Origin: Bacteroidota bacterium
GTDB lineage: Bacteria > Bacteroidota > Bacteroidia > Palsa-965
NCBI GenBank assembly: GCA_003153435.1
Contig: PLYR01000145.1
Location: forward strand, 20,034-84,033
DNA length: 64,000 nt
Reading direction: 5' to 3'
How positions within the stretch are numbered: the stretch's first letter is position 1; each line of letters opens with the position of its first letter. The notes beneath the pieces were generated by a model. It was not told the origin of the DNA, ran no database searches, and saw only the letters and a program-made list of their open reading frames with translations. Shown one piece after another: positions 1 through 10,450 of this stretch. The position numbers and the translations under genes were made by a program.

Positions 1-1
1 G

Positions 2-1165
2 CTTGGGTGCGTAGTGCTGATTCCTACCTATAATAATGAAGCGACACTGGAGCAGGTGATCAAGGGGGTGATGGCTTATACGAGTAAGATCATTGTAGTC
101 AATGACGGTTCAACAGATCATACAGTCGACATCCTTGCGAGCTTTCCGGGGCTTCAGATAATCAACCACGACCGAAACATCGGAAAGGGAATGGCCTTGA
201 GAAATGGATTTAAAGCCGCTCTGGAGGCCGGATACCGATATGTGATTACGATTGACAGCGACGGGCAGCATTTTCCATCCGACTTTCATCTCTTTCTGGA
301 TAAAATAACCCTAGAACCTGATTCGGTGATCATCGGGGCACGAAACATGACGGTGGATCATGTGCCCGGGAAGAGCACCTTCGGAAATAAATTCTCTAAT
401 TTCTGGTTCCTTGTTGAAACAGGAATCCGTCTTCCGGATACACAAAGCGGCTTCCGTCTATATCCGATTGAAAGGATGAAGAAGCTTCGTTTTTTTACCA
501 AACGTTTTGAATTCGAAATTGAAGTACTTGTAAAGGCTGCCTGGAACCAGATCCCGATCACTTCTGTTCCTGTAAATGTTTACTATGCAAAGGAAGGTGA
601 GCGGGTCTCTCATTTCCGGCCAGGGAAAGACTTCACTCGAATCAGCTTCCTCAATACATGGCTGGTTATCCTGGCCTACCTTTGGTATCGCCCGGTAGGC
701 ATTCTAAGAAACCTGAGCCCTTCACATATTCAGACTTTCCTGCAAAAAGCATTTCAAGACCCGGGTGAATCCATACTCCGTAAATCAGTGGCAGTGGGGG
801 TGGGGGTGTTCTTCGGAATACTTCCTATATGGGGATTTCAGCTTGCTGCGGCAATCTTTGCCGCTATCCTTCTTAAATTGAACAAAGCTATTGTAGCACT
901 AAGTGCCAACATCAGTGTTCCTCCCATGATCCCGCTCATCCTCTATGGAAGTCTGAAGACAGGAGAGTTGCTTACGGGTCGGGCAGTAAAACTTGAATTT
1001 AAAGGATTGAATATCGAGCTTCTCAAAGCCAATGCATATAATTTCTATGTATATATTTTCGGAGCAGTAGTATTGTCAGTGGCAGCTGCGGTGTTCTCCG
1101 GATTCTTAACTTACCTCTTACTCCGTATCTGGGGGCGAAAACCAACATCAGCTGCCCGTATATGA
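2..1165 (+). CDS. GT2 glycosyltransferase with a C-terminal DUF2062 membrane domain. It is 5'-partial: the ORF is open to the window edge.
   Basis: It has the IPTYNNE...VVNDGSTD...DSDGQ motifs of GT2 (DPM1/Bactoprenol-glucosyltransferase type). The C-terminus has hydrophobic DUF2062-like helices. The reading frame stays open upstream of the first GTG to base 2. The stop overlaps the next start (ATGA). Confidence 0.8.
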   Translation, partial: LGCVVLIPTYNNEATLEQVIKGVMAYTSKIIVVNDGSTDHTVDILASFPGLQIINHDRNIGKGMALRNGFKAALEAGYRYVITIDSDGQHFPSDFHLFLDKITLEPDSVIIGARNMTVDHVPGKSTFGNKFSNFWFLVETGIRLPDTQSGFRLYPIERMKKLRFFTKRFEFEIEVLVKAAWNQIPITSVPVNVYYAKEGERVSHFRPGKDFTRISFLNTWLVILAYLWYRPVGILRNLSPSHIQTFLQKAFQDPGESILRKSVAVGVGVFFGILPIWGFQLAAAIFAAILLKLNKAIVALSANISVPPMIPLILYGSLKTGELLTGRAVKLEFKGLNIELLKANAYNFYVYIFGAVVLSVAAAVFSGFLTYLLLRIWGRKPTSAARI

Positions 1166-4100
1166 ACCTATCCATCTCCCTCTTTCGTTTTTTAAGAAGA
1201 CATAAGCTCGTTTTTTTTATCGGGGTTATTTCGATCATGGTGGCTAGTGGCTATTTCGGTTCCAGGATTACTCTGGAAGAAGATATCACACGGTTTATCC
1301 CAAAGGATCCCAAAATTGATAAAATCAATTTTGTGCTGCAGAACCTTAAAATAAAAGATAAACTCATCATCAACATCTTTCAGGAAGACACTGCTGCTCC
1401 GGCATCCCCTTCTTCCCTGATGAGTATTGCTGATTCCGTTCACGAGGCCATTACGAAAGTGCTGGGTTCAGCTTATATCAAGGATTTTACCTACAAGGTT
1501 TCTGACGATTTAATGCTGCAGGTATATCATACTTTTTATGAAAACCTTCCTTTATTTCTGGATGAAAATAGTTACTCAAAAATTAACGGTATGCTTCCCG
1601 GAGATAGCATTGACCGTATCCTTAAGGCGGATTATAAGACACTTTTAAGTCCTTCCAGCATTGTCTTTTCCCGCTTTATAAAAAAAGATCCACTGAACAT
1701 TACGCTGCTGGCATTGAAGAAAATGCAGACCCTTCAGTTTGATGAAAATTTTGAGGTGAATGAGGGTTATATAATGACCAAGAACAGAAAGAACCTGCTC
1801 CTTTTTATCACACCGGCTTCTGCCTCTAACGAGACTGCAAAGAATGAACGCCTGATCACCTGTCTTGACAGCATTACTCAGAAAATATCTTCTTTGAATA
1901 AACATGCCGTGCAAGTCCAATATTACGGAGCTACGGCTGTTTCTGTTGGAAACGCCAGGCAGATTAAGAAAGATTCCATCTTTACTACTTTAATCGCTTT
2001 GTTTGGTATTGTATTGGTGTTAAGCCTGTTCTTCCGCAACAAATTGATCATTTTCCTGATTGTTTTGCCAGTAGCCTTTGGAGCTGTGTTCGCTCTGGCT
2101 ATCCTTTACCTCCTGAAAGGGCAGGTCAGTGCTATTGCTCTTGGTGCCGGATCAGTAATCCTTGGGATTGCAATTAATTATTCGATGCACTTCCTTACAC
2201 ATTTCAAGCGGGAGCGGTCGGTAGAAAATGTGATTCGTGATCTCACAGCCCCGATGCTCATTGGTTGTATCACAACTGTAGGTGCCTTTATCAGTCTGGT
2301 GTTTGTTAAATCAGAGGCTCTGCATGACTTCGGTCTATTTGCAGGTTTCAGCCTCGTAGGTTCTGTTCTGTTTACATTGATCGTTCTCCCACATCTTCTG
2401 AAATATGAAGAACCTAAGGAAGCTGGTGTAAGCGAAGAACCGAAGTTGAATTTTGTTGAACGTCTGGTTACCTATCGTCTCGATAAGAATAAATGGGTGC
2501 TGATGATTTCCTTTGCCCTTACCATTCTCTTTGCATATACCGCAAACAATGTAGGGTTCGAAAGTGACATGCTGAAAATCAATTACCAGGATGAAGCATT
2601 GAACAAAGCTCAAAAAAATCTGGATGAAGTAAATAATCTTTCCCTTCGTTCGGTGTACCTGGTTGCCAGCGGGAAGGACCTCAATTCAGCACTCCTGCAT
2701 AGTGAACAAAACATACCCAGGCTGGAGGAACTCAAAAAGCAGGGAATCGTAAAGAAGTATTCCTCTGTAAGCACGTTGTTAATCTCCGATTCTCTGCAGC
2801 ACGTCAGGGTTAGGAGATGGAATGCGTTCTGGACTCAGCAGAAAAAAGATAGCCTGAAAATGAAGCTGGTAACACTTGGCAGAAAATACAAATTCAAGGA
2901 TGAAGCATTCAGCGATTTCTATGCGCTGCTTGACCGCAGCTTCAGTACAAGCGGTGTCAACAGACTTGACACCCTGCGTAAGCTGGTTCTGAACGACTGG
3001 GTGACTGAAAATAAGGCACTTTCTACAGTGGTGACGATGGTGAAGGTGGACGGAAAGGACAAGCAAAAGATCTATGATGCATTTGCAAATAAGCCCGACT
3101 TGGTTGTCTTTGACAAACAGTTTATGACCTCTCAGTTTGTAGATGTCATCAGTTCGGATTTCATGCTGATTCTGGTTATGACCTCCTTACTCGTGCTGGG
3201 CTTTATGCTATTATCGCATGGAAGGATTGAACTTACCCTGATTAATTTCCTCCCCATGTTCATCAGCTGGCTTTGGATTCTGGGTTTGATGGGACTCATC
3301 GGATTGAAGTTTAATATCATCAATATTATTATCTCCACATTTATATTTGGTCTGGGTGATGACTATAGTATCTTCATTATGGACGGACTTCAGAATGAAT
3401 ATAAATACGGACGTAAAAACCTGGACTCCTACAAGACGGCTATTTTCATGTCGGCAGTTACAACCATTATCGGAATCGGCGTATTGATTTTTGCAAAGCA
3501 CCCGGCGCTGCAGTCCATTGCCATCATTACAATTATCGGGATGTTTACAGTCCTTTTTGTTTCCTTCATCACTCAGCCCTTACTCTATAATTTTCTAATC
3601 CTCGACCGGGCAAAACGGAAACTCCTCCCTTATACCGCTCTCAATCTTTTGATTACGTTCTGGGGCTTTCTGATGTTTACGCTCGGAAGTATCCTTGTTA
3701 ACCTGATTGGATTCGCTCTCTTCTTCCTCGTTCCTGCTCCGGTTTCAAAGAAGAAATTATTTTTTCACCGAATCATTCAATGGACCTGCAAAGGAATGAT
3801 CTATATGTTTGTGACCGTTCGGAAAAAAATAATCAATGAACATCATGAAGATTTCTCTAAACCAGCTATCATCATTGCCAATCACCAATCACATATTGAC
3901 CTCGGACTTACCCTGATGCTTCATCCGAAAATCATCGCTTTTACGAGCGACTGGGTATGGAAATCTCCATTTTATGGCAAGATTGCCCGTTTTGCTGATT
4001 ATTATCCTGCCTCGAGAGGGTATGAGACCGGTATTGCACAGGTAAAAGCAATGGTAGAAAAAGGATACTCTGTTCTTATTTTTCCCGAAGGAACACGCTC

Positions 4101-5025
4101 GAGAGATAACGAGATACACCGTTTTCATAAAGGCGCTTTCCTGTTGGCGGAGCAGCTGCAGATCGATATACTTCCTATACTCATCCATGGTGCCGGGGAT
4201 TGTGTGACTAAGGGAGATTTCCATTTCAAGGAGGGACGGCTTACAGTGAAGATCCTGGCTCGGATCAAGCCGGAAGACATGCGCTACGGAATCACCTATG
4301 CGGAGCGGACAAAAGGGATTTGCAGGGAGATGAGAAAAGAATATGCAGAGCTCCGTAAAGAGATTGAAACACCTGATTATTTCAGGGCCAGACTGATTAA
4401 GAACTTCATTTATAAAGGCCCGGTGCTTGAGTGGTACTGCCGGATCAAACTGTCATTGGAAGGCAACTATAAACTCTTTGATTCACTCTTACCAAAGAAA
4501 GGCGTGATTACTGACGTAGGTTGCGGATACGGATTCCTTCCTTACATGCTTTCTTTTACGGCACCTGAACGAATCATTCTAGGTGTTGATTACGATGATG
4601 AAAAAATCGCAGTAGCAGCGGCTTGTGTATCGAGAACAGAAAATTTGTCATTTCAGCAGGGAGATGTAACTTCCTATGATTTCCCGGAGAGTGATGCTTT
4701 CATTATCAGCGATGTTCTTCATTATCTGGAACAGTCTCAACAGGGGGAGCTGGTCAGACATTGTGCTTCAAAGCTCAAGCCCGGTGGAATGATGATCATA
4801 AGAGATGCAAACCGTGATCTGGAGAAACGTCATTGGGGAACACGCTATACCGAATTCTTTTCAACCAAGGTGCTGGGATTTAATAAAACTAGCACTAAAG
4901 GTCTCCACTTTATGTCGGCCCGGATAATGGAAGAGACGCTGAATGAAATTGGAAATGTGACCTATGAAATCATTGATAATACTAAATTGACCTCAAATAT
5001 TATCTTTGTAGTACGGCATAAATAA
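1162..5025 (+). CDS. Triple-fusion protein. Residues ~1-800 form an MMPL/RND-like predicted exporter with two sterol-sensing-type TM bundles. Residues ~830-1010 form a PlsC-type lysophospholipid acyltransferase. Residues ~1060-1287 form a class I SAM-dependent methyltransferase.
   Basis: There are two 6-TM blocks. The acyltransferase motifs NHQSHID (HX4D) and FPEGTR are present. Methyltransferase motif I is VTDVGCGYG, post-I is GVDYDD, and motif II is DAFIISDVLHYL. Translation starts with ATG at 1162 and is coupled to the upstream GT2 gene. Confidence 0.7.
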   Translation: MNLSISLFRFLRRHKLVFFIGVISIMVASGYFGSRITLEEDITRFIPKDPKIDKINFVLQNLKIKDKLIINIFQEDTAAPASPSSLMSIADSVHEAITKVLGSAYIKDFTYKVSDDLMLQVYHTFYENLPLFLDENSYSKINGMLPGDSIDRILKADYKTLLSPSSIVFSRFIKKDPLNITLLALKKMQTLQFDENFEVNEGYIMTKNRKNLLLFITPASASNETAKNERLITCLDSITQKISSLNKHAVQVQYYGATAVSVGNARQIKKDSIFTTLIALFGIVLVLSLFFRNKLIIFLIVLPVAFGAVFALAILYLLKGQVSAIALGAGSVILGIAINYSMHFLTHFKRERSVENVIRDLTAPMLIGCITTVGAFISLVFVKSEALHDFGLFAGFSLVGSVLFTLIVLPHLLKYEEPKEAGVSEEPKLNFVERLVTYRLDKNKWVLMISFALTILFAYTANNVGFESDMLKINYQDEALNKAQKNLDEVNNLSLRSVYLVASGKDLNSALLHSEQNIPRLEELKKQGIVKKYSSVSTLLISDSLQHVRVRRWNAFWTQQKKDSLKMKLVTLGRKYKFKDEAFSDFYALLDRSFSTSGVNRLDTLRKLVLNDWVTENKALSTVVTMVKVDGKDKQKIYDAFANKPDLVVFDKQFMTSQFVDVISSDFMLILVMTSLLVLGFMLLSHGRIELTLINFLPMFISWLWILGLMGLIGLKFNIINIIISTFIFGLGDDYSIFIMDGLQNEYKYGRKNLDSYKTAIFMSAVTTIIGIGVLIFAKHPALQSIAIITIIGMFTVLFVSFITQPLLYNFLILDRAKRKLLPYTALNLLITFWGFLMFTLGSILVNLIGFALFFLVPAPVSKKKLFFHRIIQWTCKGMIYMFVTVRKKIINEHHEDFSKPAIIIANHQSHIDLGLTLMLHPKIIAFTSDWVWKSPFYGKIARFADYYPASRGYETGIAQVKAMVEKGYSVLIFPEGTRSRDNEIHRFHKGAFLLAEQLQIDILPILIHGAGDCVTKGDFHFKEGRLTVKILARIKPEDMRYGITYAERTKGICREMRKEYAELRKEIETPDYFRARLIKNFIYKGPVLEWYCRIKLSLEGNYKLFDSLLPKKGVITDVGCGYGFLPYMLSFTAPERIILGVDYDDEKIAVAAACVSRTENLSFQQGDVTSYDFPESDAFIISDVLHYLEQSQQGELVRHCASKLKPGGMMIIRDANRDLEKRHWGTRYTEFFSTKVLGFNKTSTKGLHFMSARIMEETLNEIGNVTYEIIDNTKLTSNIIFVVRHK

Positions 5026-5051
5026 CTTCTGCACTCATCTGCACTCAATTC

Positions 5052-6575
5052 ATGGCTAAATACGATATTGTTATTGTGGGGAGTGGCCTAGGGGGGCTGT
5101 GCTGTGGATATATCCTCAGCAAGGAAGGCTTTAATGTTTGTATCCTCGAAAAAAACAGACAGCTTGGCGGGAGCCTGCAGATATTTTCCAGAGATAAAGC
5201 CCTCTTTGATACCGGCATTCATTATATCGGAGGTCTTGATGAAGGACAGAACCTAAACCGGTACTTTCAGTATTTTGGTTTGATGGACAAGCTCAAGCTC
5301 AAGCGAATGGATATGGATGCGTTTGATGTCATCACCTTTGAGGGAGACCCTAAGCAGTATCATCATGCTCAGGGTTATGATAATTTTGTGAATGTCCTGG
5401 CTCTTCAATTTCCTGGAGAAAGGGAAAATATACAAAGGTATGCGGATAGGGTCAGAGAGATCTGTGATTATTTTCCTCTATATCGTCTTAGAGAAGATAA
5501 TAAGGACCTGCTCACGAGCAGTAGCTTTCTGGAGACAGACACCAAGCAGTATATTGAATCCATAACCACCAACCCGAAACTTCGGAGTGTGTTGGCAGGT
5601 TCTAACCCCTTATATGCCGGGATCCCGAATCGTACTCCGCTTTATGTACATGCATTGGTTGTGAATACGTATATTGAAAGTTCTTGGAAGTGTATTGATG
5701 GTGGAGCTCAGATCAGTAAACATCTTTCTCAATCCATAAAGGGGATGGGAGGCACTATTCTCAATTACAGTGATGCGAAAAAGTTTCACTTCAACGGTTC
5801 TAACATTGAATCCGTTGAACTTGCGGATGGGTCAAGAGTGGAAGCCAAACATTTTATTTCCAATGCGGATCTTTCAAGGACTCTGGAGATGGTTGAAGGA
5901 AACCAGGTAAGACCCGCTTACCGGTCGCGGATTAATGGATTGGAGAACACGATTTCAGCATTTATAGTCAATATTGTTTTTAAAAAAGAGAGTTTCCCTT
6001 ACCTCAATTATAATTGTTACCACTTTGCGACTGATGATGTCTGGTGCGGCACCACTTATACCCAGGAAACATGGCCTGACGGATTGGCAATTTTTACTGC
6101 GCCGAATTCACGTACCGGTCAGTATGCCGATAGTATGACGGTGATGTGCTATATGCACTATGATGAAACCAAGCAATGGGCTGGTACCCGAAGCACGATT
6201 CCGAATCAAATTGAATTCCGTGGGGAAGGGTATGAAGCTTTCAAACAAGAGAAATCAGAAAAGATGATTGATCTCCTGGAAAAACGGTTTCCCGGAATAC
6301 GTTCAAGCATTCAATCCTACACGTCATCCAGCCCTCTTACCTACAGAGATTATATCGGCTCCCGGGATGGAACACTCTATGGAATTCAAAAAGATTATAG
6401 AGACCCTCTTAAAACATTTATTACTCCCAAAACAAAAATTCCAAACTTGTTACTGACTGGTCAGAACCTGAACTTGCATGGTGTGTTGGGAGTTACAGTG
6501 AGTTCTGTGGTAACCTGTGCAGAGCTTGTCGGACAGAAGGACCTGATCAGGAAAATCAGTGCCGCATCGAGTTAA
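5052..6575 (+). CDS. FAD/NAD(P)-binding oxidoreductase of the phytoene-desaturase (CrtI/COG1233) family
   Basis: The N-terminus has the dinucleotide-binding motif DIVIVGSGLGGLCCGYIL...LEKN..LGG. The length of about 507 aa fits the CrtI-like amine-oxidase fold. Confidence 0.65.
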   Translation: MAKYDIVIVGSGLGGLCCGYILSKEGFNVCILEKNRQLGGSLQIFSRDKALFDTGIHYIGGLDEGQNLNRYFQYFGLMDKLKLKRMDMDAFDVITFEGDPKQYHHAQGYDNFVNVLALQFPGERENIQRYADRVREICDYFPLYRLREDNKDLLTSSSFLETDTKQYIESITTNPKLRSVLAGSNPLYAGIPNRTPLYVHALVVNTYIESSWKCIDGGAQISKHLSQSIKGMGGTILNYSDAKKFHFNGSNIESVELADGSRVEAKHFISNADLSRTLEMVEGNQVRPAYRSRINGLENTISAFIVNIVFKKESFPYLNYNCYHFATDDVWCGTTYTQETWPDGLAIFTAPNSRTGQYADSMTVMCYMHYDETKQWAGTRSTIPNQIEFRGEGYEAFKQEKSEKMIDLLEKRFPGIRSSIQSYTSSSPLTYRDYIGSRDGTLYGIQKDYRDPLKTFITPKTKIPNLLLTGQNLNLHGVLGVTVSSVVTCAELVGQKDLIRKISAASS

Positions 6576-6590
6576 TACCTGACAACCTAT

Positions 6591-7334
6591 TTATAGATTT
6601 TCAAGCATCTTTATCACCTCTGGTCTTTTTCTAGAGGAAACAGGTACTTGGGTGCCGTCCTGCATAATGATGTAACCTCCCTCTGTTTTTACAAATTCCT
6701 TTATAAACCGGGTGTTAATAAGGTGGGAGTTGTGAACCCTGTAAAATCCATGGCCGGAAAGCATTTCTTCAAAATCCTTCATCGTACGAGTCACTACTAG
6801 TTTTTTACCGTTGGTAAAGAAGAATTCGGTATAATTTATGCTCGATTCGCATCGCTGTATCTCAGAAATACTCACTACATGAATTTTGTCCAGAGAATGG
6901 AGTGCTAATTTCTCCTGCTTTTTTTGCCCTCCGTCGATGGTCCTCTTCAGTAATTCCAGACTAAGTTCAGATCCATGCAACGTACCCGACGCTTTTTTGA
7001 CAGCCTGTTTAAGCTCCTCAGGATCGATGGGCTTGAGAAGGTAGTCGACCGCCGAAAACCTAAAAGCCTTGATTGCATGAGCATCAGAGGCGGTGGTAAA
7101 TATAATCCGGAAGGGAATATCTTTCAGGATATCCAACAGGTCAAACCCGCTTCCATCCTGCATCTGAATGTCCAGGAAAACAACATCCGGGTGGAGATTC
7201 TTTAATATTCTTGCGCCTTCTACAACGCCGCCTGCTTCTCCGATAATCTGAACTTCTGGACAAAGATTCTCCAGGTCCTTTCTCAGTGTTTTGCGGGCGT
7301 CTTCAATATCGTCTATAAGAATGGCTTTCAGCAT
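6591..7334 (-). CDS. Two-component response regulator with a CheY-like receiver domain and a LytTR DNA-binding domain
   Basis: It has the receiver motifs ILIDD...D(54)-like FLDIQM...KP. The C-terminus is a LytTR-type beta domain. It lies immediately downstream of the sensor kinase on the same strand. Confidence 0.8.
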   Translation of the reverse strand: MLKAILIDDIEDARKTLRKDLENLCPEVQIIGEAGGVVEGARILKNLHPDVVFLDIQMQDGSGFDLLDILKDIPFRIIFTTASDAHAIKAFRFSAVDYLLKPIDPEELKQAVKKASGTLHGSELSLELLKRTIDGGQKKQEKLALHSLDKIHVVSISEIQRCESSINYTEFFFTNGKKLVVTRTMKDFEEMLSGHGFYRVHNSHLINTRFIKEFVKTEGGYIIMQDGTQVPVSSRKRPEVIKMLENL

Positions 7335-7358
7335 GGGAGTTTTATCAAAGATAATTAC

Positions 7359-10300
7359 TTAATTCCTAATAGGGATCCTTATCAGGATCCGGGTTCCGGC
7401 GGGGTTGCCGGAATCGTCCATAAGGTCGGTGATTTCCAGTGTTCTGATTCCTGAATCGGTGTTCATCAGATCAAGCCTCTCTTGAGTAACCACCAACGCA
7501 GTTGATTTGTGCTGATGATCCTGCTGAGCCCTGTTAAGAGAAGCTGCTTTGACTTGTCCAATGCCATTATCGGTAACACTGCACTCCAGAAAATTTCCTT
7601 CTCTCCTAAAACAGATTGTAATTTTACCTCTGCTCTGAAGATGCCGGAGCCCATGAATGACAGCATTTTCGGCGAACGGTTGTATCATCATCGGTGGGAT
7701 TTGTTCTTCAGAAGGAACCAGGCCCTCTCCGCATATGATTTCGAAATCAAACCGGTTTCCGCTGCTAAACTTTTCGAGCGACAGGTAATTCTCTAGTGTA
7801 CTAATCTCTTCCTCCAGTGAGATATAGGTATTTCTGGAGTTTTCAAGGATCATTCGCATGAGTTTGGAGAACTGGGCCAGGTAGTGTCGGGCGGTTTGTT
7901 CATTATTATCTGTAATCTGCGCTTGTATAGAGTTCAGCGCATTGAAAATAAAATGAGGATTCATCTGCAGTCTCAAAGCCTTTTGTTCAAGCTCCAGGAT
8001 TGACTTTTCGGTCTCCAGAAGCTTCCTCTGGGAAGCTGATTTTTTTCGAATAGTTTGGATTCTTAACCTGAAACTAGCTAAGATCAGAAGTATGAGAAAG
8101 ATGAAACTAGAAACAAGAAACCAGGTTTTAAACCAGAAGGGTTTGAGAATAGTAAAGGGGATCAGGGAACTCTGGTCATTCCAGATACCATCTTCATTGC
8201 ACGACTTTACTTCAAAAATGTATTCTCCTGGAGGGAGGTTTGAATAGGTGGCATTTCTTTGCGATGAAGCCGGCGACCAATCCTTTTCCAAACCCTCTAG
8301 TCTCCAGCGGTATTTTACATTTTCAGGAGAACTGAGGTTAATCCCTGTAAATTCAAAACCAATGTGGTTTTGATTATAGGGAAGTAAGAGGGGATGGAGG
8401 AGTTCTGACCATTTGCCGAATACATCCTTGTACTCAGTCTTTTCTATAGGCTCATAGAAAAGGGTTAGCCCGCTAATATGTAACAGCGGAGGGAGTACAT
8501 TCTTTTTTCTGTTACCGGTACTCAGGGAAGTAAGGCCATTGACCGTGCCGAACCAAATTGTACCCTCAGCATCGGTATAAGCCGCATTCTGGCATGTTTC
8601 TATGCCGGAAAAGCCTTCCTTCTTTCCGAAATGATTGATCTCTGCAATATGTCTGCCTTCAGCAAAAACGATCTTGTCAAGTCCGGTTTCTGAGCCTACA
8701 AAAAGATTGTGCTGATTATCCTGTGCCAGCAAGTAAACATTTAGGGAGTTTAGTCCGTTTTGAAGATTTAAATTTTCGAACCTGAAATCAGGGTTCTTCA
8801 GGTTGAGACAGGAGACCCCTGAACCGGCAGTTCCGATCCAGAGATAACCGGCTTGATCATAACAAAGAGATCGAATCAGTTTGCTGTTTAATCCTTCTTT
8901 CTGTCCAAGACAGGCTTCCACATGATTGGTTCGGATATAGCCAATACCTCCTGTTTCTGCTCCGAACCAGATACGGCCTTGATTATCTTCTGCAAGGCAA
9001 TTGATGCGTTCAAGGCCCGGGAAGTCTGACTTTATATGCAGGACGCTGTATCTCTTCTTTGGGCTATCAGAAACGCTGATCTTATATATTCCGGAACCTG
9101 CTGTGGCAACCCACATGTTATGAAGGGAATCCCGCAAAATATACCGTATATATTTTCCGTGAAGTTCATGAATAGGGGTGAAGGCTTCTCCATCATAGGT
9201 ATAAACACCTTGTCCTTCGGTACCGATCCACAAGTCTCCGAAAGAATCTTCACTAATGGCCTTTACTTTTGTGTCTCTGAATCCGTTTTCTGCACCCAGA
9301 GGTCTGAATTGTTTTCCGTCATAAGTGCAAAGACCTTTATCACCCGTACCGATCCAAAGCAGGCCTTGACCGTCGCGGTAAACGCTATAAACAAAATTAC
9401 TGCTGAGGCCATTGTTCTTGTCATAATGATTGAAAGCCTGCCCCGAATATTCACTGACTCCACCTCCCGAAGTGCCAAACCACAGGTTGCTTCGGGTATC
9501 CTGAAGGATGCATCTCACATGATTATTACCAAGTCCGTCGCTTTCCCGTAGAAAATGACAAGTGCTGTCTTCGGGGTTCCAACGGCAAACACCGTCAGTT
9601 AACGTGGCCACCCAAAGGTTGGATAATTTATCAGCTTTGATGTCGAGCACGATCTCCTGGTCAAGCTCATGTTTGGATTTAAGCCTTGAGAAGGAACTGT
9701 TTTTATAGATGAATATGCCAAGTCCGTAAGTTCCGACCAACAAATGGTGTTTCCTGTCTTCCCCAATAGATTGAATGGCATTGGTGCCAAGGCCGCTTCC
9801 TTTGGAGAAGACTGTTACTGCCCTTCCGGAGGAGAGATCAATACGGCATAAACCACAATCACTACTCCCTGCCCAGATTTTGCCTTCACTGTCTTTAAAA
9901 ATGGAGAGTATATTATGGTGAGCAAAGCATTTTTTAAAAAGACTGAAGCTTTTCCCATCGAAAACATAAATTCCATTGTTGGTAGCCAACCATGCGGTTG
10001 AATGGTTCCCCATGGCAATGGCTTGTATATGAACGATACTGCTGTCTTTGTCGGGATAAAAGTTTGTGAATTTTTCTCCGTCAAACACACTCAGTCCGTT
10101 GCTGGTTCCTATCCAAAGCCGGTGTTCGGCGTCCTCTGAAATACAGGAAATGTAATTGCTGGGCAATCCGTCTCTGACGGTATATGTTTTGAAGTTCAAT
10201 CCATCATAGCGACAGACTCCCCCTCCACGGGTCCCCATCCATACATACCCGCGACTATCTTCAAAGAGGGCATAGACCTGGCTTTGAGCCACACCTTCTT

Positions 10301-10400
10301 CTACAGAAAAGTTTCTGAAATGGTATTGCTGGGATGAGCAAGATGCCGGTATGAGGCAGCAGGCTGCAAGAATGAGCGAAAAGTAAAGTAAGGTTTTCAC
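7359..10400 (-). CDS. Sensor histidine kinase, LytS-type. It has a signal peptide, a periplasmic two-component-regulator beta-propeller (Reg_prop repeats), a Y_Y_Y domain, one TM segment, then His_kinase (PF06580-like) and HATPase_c domains.
   Basis: Translation starts with GTG, and a signal peptide is present. About 12 repeated motifs of the type WIGT..GL..YDG are found. The Y_Y_Y signature (KYRWRLEG...W) is present. The LytS-type H-box is NPHFIFNALNSIQ. The ATPase N/G boxes are near the C-terminus. Confidence 0.75.
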   Translation of the reverse strand: MKTLLYFSLILAACCLIPASCSSQQYHFRNFSVEEGVAQSQVYALFEDSRGYVWMGTRGGGVCRYDGLNFKTYTVRDGLPSNYISCISEDAEHRLWIGTSNGLSVFDGEKFTNFYPDKDSSIVHIQAIAMGNHSTAWLATNNGIYVFDGKSFSLFKKCFAHHNILSIFKDSEGKIWAGSSDCGLCRIDLSSGRAVTVFSKGSGLGTNAIQSIGEDRKHHLLVGTYGLGIFIYKNSSFSRLKSKHELDQEIVLDIKADKLSNLWVATLTDGVCRWNPEDSTCHFLRESDGLGNNHVRCILQDTRSNLWFGTSGGGVSEYSGQAFNHYDKNNGLSSNFVYSVYRDGQGLLWIGTGDKGLCTYDGKQFRPLGAENGFRDTKVKAISEDSFGDLWIGTEGQGVYTYDGEAFTPIHELHGKYIRYILRDSLHNMWVATAGSGIYKISVSDSPKKRYSVLHIKSDFPGLERINCLAEDNQGRIWFGAETGGIGYIRTNHVEACLGQKEGLNSKLIRSLCYDQAGYLWIGTAGSGVSCLNLKNPDFRFENLNLQNGLNSLNVYLLAQDNQHNLFVGSETGLDKIVFAEGRHIAEINHFGKKEGFSGIETCQNAAYTDAEGTIWFGTVNGLTSLSTGNRKKNVLPPLLHISGLTLFYEPIEKTEYKDVFGKWSELLHPLLLPYNQNHIGFEFTGINLSSPENVKYRWRLEGLEKDWSPASSQRNATYSNLPPGEYIFEVKSCNEDGIWNDQSSLIPFTILKPFWFKTWFLVSSFIFLILLILASFRLRIQTIRKKSASQRKLLETEKSILELEQKALRLQMNPHFIFNALNSIQAQITDNNEQTARHYLAQFSKLMRMILENSRNTYISLEEEISTLENYLSLEKFSSGNRFDFEIICGEGLVPSEEQIPPMMIQPFAENAVIHGLRHLQSRGKITICFRREGNFLECSVTDNGIGQVKAASLNRAQQDHQHKSTALVVTQERLDLMNTDSGIRTLEITDLMDDSGNPAGTRILIRIPIRN

Positions 10401-10450
10401 AGACGGATTGTCAGAAAACCAAAGATAGTGAATGTTAAAACGAAAACGGG

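Noticed and set aside
7466-10090. Plus- and minus-strand ORFs nested in the sensor kinase gene (7466-7666, 7509-7796, 9032-9253, 9036-9551, 9263-9478, 9599-9790, 9815-10090)
   Set aside because: They are out-of-frame or antisense to a 1013-aa gene with clear propeller and HK domains. They show no motifs and no plausible starts.
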